A model generated the notes under the pieces. The model was not told the origin of the DNA. It made no database searches and worked only from the letters and a program-made list of their open reading frames with translations. Made by a program: the position numbers and the translations under genes. This document shows, piece by piece, positions 57,355-64,000 of a DNA stretch of 64,000 nt. Source of the DNA: Macrostomum hystrix. Taxonomy: Eukaryota; Animalia; Platyhelminthes. Each line of letters opens with the position of its first letter. The first letter of the stretch is position 1. Location of the stretch: contig CATNEN010000025.1 of assembly GCA_950097015.1 (NCBI GenBank), forward strand, positions 6,572,001 to 6,636,000, given 5' to 3'.

Positions 57355-60300
57355 TTGACACCTAGACTGTGTAGATTAATTAGCGGCTATGGCACCTAGA
57401 CTGTGTAGATTAATTAGCGGCTATGACACCTAGACTGTGTAGACTAATTAGCGGCTATGACACCTAGACTGTGTAGACTAATTAGCGTCTTTGACACCTA
57501 GACTGTGTAGACTAATTAGCGTCTTTGACACCTAGACTGTGTAGACTAATTAGCGTCTTTGACACCTAGACTGTGTAGATTAATTAGCGTCTTTGACACC
57601 TAGACTGTGTAGATTAATTAGCGTCTTTGACACCTAGACTGTGTAGACTAATTAGCGTCTTTGACACCTAGACTGTGTAGATTAATTAGCGTCTTTGACA
57701 CCTAGACTGTGTAGATTAATTAGCGGCTATGACACCTAGACTGTGTAGATTAATTAGCGGCTATGACACCTAGACTGTGTAGACTAATTAGCGTCTTTGA
57801 CACCTAGACTGTGTAGATTAATTAGCGTCTTTGACACCTAGACTGTGTAGACTAATTAGCGTCTTTGACACCTAGACTGTGTAGATTAATTAGCGTCTTT
57901 GACACCTAGACTGTGTAGATTAATTAGCGTCTTTGACACCTAGACTGTGTAGATTAATTAGCGGCTATGACACCTAGACTGTGTAGATTAATTAGCGGCT
58001 ATGACACCTAGACTGTGTAGACTAATTAGCGTCTTTGACACCTAGACTGTGTAGATTAATTAGCGTCTTTGACACCTAGACTGTGTAGACTAATTAGCGT
58101 CTTTGACACCTAGACTGTGTAGATTAATTAGCGTCTTTGACACATAGACTGTGTAGATTAATTAGCGGCTATGACACCTAGACTGTGTAGATTAATTAGC
58201 GTCTTTGACACCTAGACTGTGTAGACTAATTAGCGTCTTTGACACCTAGACTGTGTAGATTAATTAGCGTCTTTGACACATAGACTGTGTAGATTAATTA
58301 GCGGCTATGACACCTAGACTGTGTAGGTTAATTAGCGGCTATGACACCTAGACTGTGTAGACTAATTAGCGTCTTTGACACCTAGACTGTGTAGACTAAT
58401 TAGCGTCTTTGACACCTAGACTGTGTAGGTTAATTAGCGGCTATGACACCTAGACTGTGTAGACTAATTAGCGTCTTTGACACCTAGACTGTGTAGATTA
58501 ATTAGCGGCTATGACACCTAGACTGTGTAGATTAATTAGCGGCTATGACACCTAGACTGTGTAGACTAATTAGCGTCTTTGACACCTACACTGTGTAGAT
58601 TAATTAGCGTCTTTGACACCTAGACTGTGTAGATTAATTAGCGTCTTTGACACCTAGACTGTGTAGATTAATTAGCGTCTTTGACACCTAGACTGTGTAG
58701 ATTAATTAGCGTCTTTGACACCTAGACTGTGTAGATTAATTAGCGGCTATGACACCTAGACTGTGTAGATTAATTAGCGGCTATGACACCTAGACTGTGT
58801 AGATTAATTAGCGGCTATGACACCTAGACTGTGTAGATTAATTAGCGGCTATGACACCTACACTGTGTAGATTAATTAGCGGCTATGACACCTACACTGT
58901 GTAGATTAATTAGCGTCTTTGACACCTAGACTGTGTAGATTAATTAGCGGCTATGACACCTAGACTGTGTAGATTAATTAGCGTCTTTGACACCTAGACT
59001 GTGTAGATTAATTAGCGGCTATGACACCTAGACTGTGTAGATTAATTAGGGTCTTTGACACCTAGACTGTGTAGACTAATTAGCGGCTATGACACCTAGA
59101 CTGTGTAGATTAATTAGCGGCTATGACACCTAGACTGTGTAGATTAATTAGCGGCTATGACACCTAGACTGTGTAGATTAATTAGGGTCTTTGACACCTA
59201 GACTGTGTAGATTAATTAGCGTCTTTGACACCTAGACTGTGTAGACTAATTAGCGTCTTTGACACCTAGACTGTGTAGATTAATTAGCGTCTTTGACACC
59301 TAGACTGTGTAGATTAATTAGCGTCTTTGACACCTAGACTGTGTAGATTAATTAGCGTCTTTGACACCTAGACTGTGTAGATTAATTAGCGTCTTTGACA
59401 CCTAGACTGTGTAGATTAATTAGCGTCTTTGACACCTAGACTGTGTAGACTAATTAGCGGCTATGACACCTAGACTGTGTAGACTAATTAGCGGCTATGA
59501 CACCTAGACTGTGTAGATTAATTAGCGGCTATGACACCTAGACTGTGTAGATTAATTAGCGTCTTTGACACCTAGACTGTGTAGATTAATTAGCGTCTTT
59601 GACACCTAGACTGTGTAGATTAATTAGCGTCTTTGACACCTAGACTGTGTAGATTAATTAGCGTCTTTGACACCTAGACTGTGTAGATTAATTAGCGGCT
59701 ATGACACCTAGACTGTGTAGATTAATTAGCGTCTTTGACACCTAGACTGTGTAGATTAATTAGCGTCTTTGACACCTAGACTGTGTAGATTAATTAGCGT
59801 CTTTGACACCTAGACTGTGTAGATTAATTAGCGGCTATGACACCTAGACTGTGTAGATTAATTAGCGGCTATGACACCTAGACTGTGTAGATTAATTAGC
59901 GGCTATGACACCTAGACTGTGTAGATTAATTAGCGGCTATGACACCTAGACTGTGTAGATTAATTAGCGTCTTTGACACCTAGACTGTGTAGATTAATTA
60001 GCGGCTATGACACCTAGACTGTGTAGATTAATTAGCGTCTTTGACACCTAGACTGTGTAGACTAATTAGCGGCTATGACACCTAGACTGTGTAGATTAAT
60101 TAGCGGCTATGACACCTAGACTGTGTAGATTAATTAGGGTCTTTGACACCTAGACTGTGTAGATTAATTAGCGGCTATGACACCTAGACTGTGTAGGTTA
60201 ATTAGCGGCTATGACACCTAGACTGTGTAGATTAATTAGCGGCTATGACACCTAGACTGTGTAGACTAATTAGCGGCTATGACACCTAGACTGTGTAGAT

Positions 60301-63300
60301 TAATTAGCGGCTATGACACCTAGACTGTGTAGATTAATTAGGGTCTTTGACACCTAGACTGTGTAGATTAATTAGCGGCTATGACACCTAGACTGTGTAG
60401 GTTAATTAGCGGCTATGACACCTAGACTGTGTAGATTAATTAGCGGCTATGACACCTAGACTGTGTAGATTAATTAGCGGCTATGACACCTAGACTGTGT
60501 AGATTAATTAGCGTCTTTGACACCTAGACTGTGTAGGTTAATTAGCGTCTTTGACACCTAGACTGTGTAGATTAATTAGCGTCTTTGACACCTAGACTGT
60601 GTAGATTAATTAGCGTCTTTGACACCTAGACTGTGTAGATTAATTAGCGTCTTTGACACCTAGACTGTGTAGACTAATTAGCGGCTATGACACCTAGACT
60701 GTGTAGATTAATTAGCGTCTTTGACACCTAGACTGTGTAGACTAATTAGGGTCTTTGACACCTAGACTGTGTAGACTAATTAGCGTCTTTGACACCTAGA
60801 CTGTGTAGACTAATTAGCGTCTTTGACACCTAGACTGTGTAGATTAATTAGCGGCTATGACACCTAGACTGTGTAGGTTAATTAGCGTCTTTGACACCTA
60901 GACTGTGTAGACTAATTAGCGTCTTTGACACCTAGACTGTGTAGATTAATTAGCGGCTATGACACCTAGACTGTGTAGATTAATTAGCGGCTATGACACC
61001 TAGACTGTGTAGATTAATTAGCGGCTTTGACACCTAGACTGTGTAGACTAATTAGCGTCTTTGACACCTAGACTGTGTAGATTAATTAGCGTCTTTGACA
61101 CCTAGACTGTGTAGATTAATTAGCGGCTATGACACCTAGACTGTGTAGATTAATTAGCGTCTTTGACACCTAGACTGTGTAGATTAATTAGCGGCTATGA
61201 CACCTAGACTGTGTAGACTAATTAGCGGCTATGACACCTAGACTGTGTAGATTAATTAGCGGCTATGACACCTAGACTGTGTAGGTTAATTAGCGTCTTT
61301 GACACCTAGACTGTGTAGGTTAATTAGCGTCTTTGACACCTAGACTGTGTAGATTAATTAGCGGCTATGACACCTAGACTGTGTAGATTAATTAGCGGCT
61401 ATGACACCTAGACTGTGTAGGTTAATTAGCGTCTTTGACACCTAGACTGTGTAGATTAATTAGCGTCTTTGACACCTAGACTGTGTAGGTTAATTAGCGT
61501 CTTTGACACCTAGACTGTGTAGATTAATTAGCGTCTTTGACACCTAGACTGTGTAGATTAATTAGCGTCTTTGACACCTAGACTGTGTAGATTAATTAGC
61601 GTCTTTGACACCTAGACTGTGTAGATTAATTAGCGGCTATGACACCTAGACTGTGTAGACTAATTAGCGTCTTTGACACCTAGACTGTGTAGATTAATTA
61701 GCGGCTATGACACCTAGACTGTGTAGATTAATTAGCGTCTTTGACACCTAGACTGTGTAGATTAATTAGCGTCTTTGACACCTAGACTGTGTAGATTAAT
61801 TAGCGGCTATGACACCTAGACTGTGTAGACTAATTAGCGTCTTTGACACCTAGACTGTGTAGATTAATTAGCGGCTATGACACCTAGACTGTGTAGATTA
61901 ATTAGCGGCTATGACACCTAGACTGTGTAGATTAATTAGGGTCTTTGACACCTAGACTGTGTAGATTAATTAGCGGCTATGACACCTAGACTGTGTAGAT
62001 TAATTAGCGTCTTTGACACCTAGACTGTGTAGATTAATTAGCGGCTATGACACCTAGACTGTGTAGACTAATTAGCGTCTTTGACACCTACACTGTGTAG
62101 ACTAATTAGCGTCTATGACACCTAGACTGTGTAGATTAATTAGCGGCTATGACACCTAGACTGTGTAGACTAATTAGCGTCTTTGACACCTAGACTGTGT
62201 AGATTAATTAGCGTCTTTGACACCTAGACTGTGTAGATTAATTAGCGGCTATGACACCTAGACTGTGTAGGTTAATTAGCGTCTTTGACACCTAGACTGT
62301 GTAGATTAATTAGCGGCTATGACACCTAGACTGTGTAGACTAATTAGCGTCTTTGACACCTAGACTGTGTAGACTAATTAGCGTCTTTGACACCTAGACT
62401 GTGTAGACTAATTAGCGTCTTTGACACCTAGACTGTGTAGACTAATTAGCGTCTTTGACACCTAGACTGTGTAGATTAATTAGCGTCTTTGACACCTAGA
62501 CTGTGTAGATTAATTAGCGGCTATGACACCTAGACTGTGTAGGTTAATTAGCGTCTTTGACACCTAGACTGTGTAGACTTAATTAGCGTCTTTGACACCT
62601 AGACTGTGTAGATTAATTAGCGGCTATGACACCTAGACTGTGTAGATTAATTAGCGGCTATGACACCTAGACTGTGTAGATTAATTAGCGGCTTTGACAC
62701 CTAGACTGTGTAGACTAATTAGCGGCTATGACACCTAGACTGTGTAGATTAATTAGCGGCTATGACACCTAGACTGTGTAGGATTAATTAGCGGCTATGA
62801 CACCTAGACTGTGTAGATTAATTAGCGGCTTTGACACCTAGACTGTGTAGACTAATTAGCGGCTATGACACCTAGACTGTGTAGATTAATTAGCGGCTAT
62901 GACACCTAGACTGTGTAGGTTAATTAGCGGCTATGACACCTAGACTGTGTAGATTAATTAGCGGCTATGACACCTAGACTGTGTAGGTTAATTAGCGGCT
63001 ATGACACCTAGACTGTGTAGATTAATTAGCGTCTTTGACACCTAGACTGTGTAGATTAATTAGCGGCTATGACACCTAGACTGTGTAGACTTAATTAGCG
63101 TCTTTGACACCTAGACTGTGTAGATTAATTAGCGTCTTTGACACCTAGACTGTGTAGATTAATTAGCGTCTTTGACACCTAGACTGTGTAGATTAATTAG
63201 CGTCTTTGACACCTAGACTGTGTAGATTAATTAGCGTCTTTGACACCTAGACTGTGTAGACTAATTAGCGGCTATGACACCTAGACTGTGTAGATTAATT

Positions 63301-64000
63301 AGCGGCTATGACACCTAGACTGTGTAGATTAATTAGCGGCTATGACACCTACACTGTGTAGATTAATTAGCGGCTATGACACCTACACTGTGTAGATTAA
63401 TTAGCGTCTTTGACACCTAGACTGTGTAGATTAATTAGCGGCTATGACACCTAGACTGTGTAGATTAATTAGCGTCTTTGACACCTAGACTGTGTAGATT
63501 AATTAGCGGCTATGACACCTAGACTGTGTAGATTAATTAGGGTCTTTGACACCTAGACTGTGTAGACTAATTAGCGGCTATGACACCTACACTGTGTAGA
63601 TTAATTAGCGGCTATGACACCTAGACTGTGTAGATTAATTAGCGGCTATGACACCTAGACTGTGTAGATTAATTAGGGTCTTTGACACCTAGACTGTGTA
63701 GATTAATTAGCGGCTATGACACCTAGACTGTGTAGATTAATTAGCGTCTTTGACACCTAGACTGTGTAGACTAATTAGCGTCTTTGACACCTAGACTGTG
63801 TAGACTAATTAGCGGCTATGACACCTAGACTGTGTAGACTAATTAGCGTCTTTGACACCTAGACTGTGTAGACTAATTAGCGGCTATGACACCTAGACTG
63901 TGTAGATTAATTAGCGGCTATGACACCTAGACTGTGTAGATTAATTAGCGTCTTTGACACCTAGACTGTGTAGATTAATTAGCGTCTTTGACACCTAGAC
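57355..64000. repeat. 34-bp satellite (GACACCTAGACTGTGTAGATTAATTAGCG[GCTAT/TCTTT]), >6.6 kb, runs off the window
   Basis: About 195 head-to-tail units; starts about 145 bp upstream of a ferlin acceptor, so it is presumably intronic. Confidence 0.98.

Overview
Eukaryotic (animal) genomic DNA, not prokaryotic: GT-AG spliced genes, GC-rich exons, AT-rich introns, and many kb-scale mini/microsatellites. The style suggests a free-living flatworm such as Macrostomum, but that is inference only. Host genes reconstructed by hand: (1) a minus-strand ankyrin-repeat gene, 5 exons from 18322 to 6350, continuing leftwards; (2) a rhodopsin-class peptide-receptor-like GPCR (10935-12068, +) nested antisense in its 8-kb intron; (3) an orphan ORF (22363-23058); (4) a secreted multi-copy peptide precursor (31788-32895, -) with 16 tandem 18-aa units, mostly SYYWPGMWNFDKESS-GKR; (5) a single-pass six-cysteine membrane protein (39968-40579, -); (6) the 3' two-thirds of a DysF-containing myoferlin/dysferlin-like ferlin (57210 to 42810, -). 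Mobile DNA: an intact DD34D mariner, an internally deleted Gypsy LTR element that keeps its integrase, a Crypton-like tyrosine recombinase element with inverted repeats and a 95-nt hairpin, a decayed Tc1/IS630-type element, two MITEs and two tRNA-headed SINE families. The strongest novelty candidates are the amidated-peptide precursor and the Crypton-like element next to it. All calls come from reading the sequence; no database searches were run.
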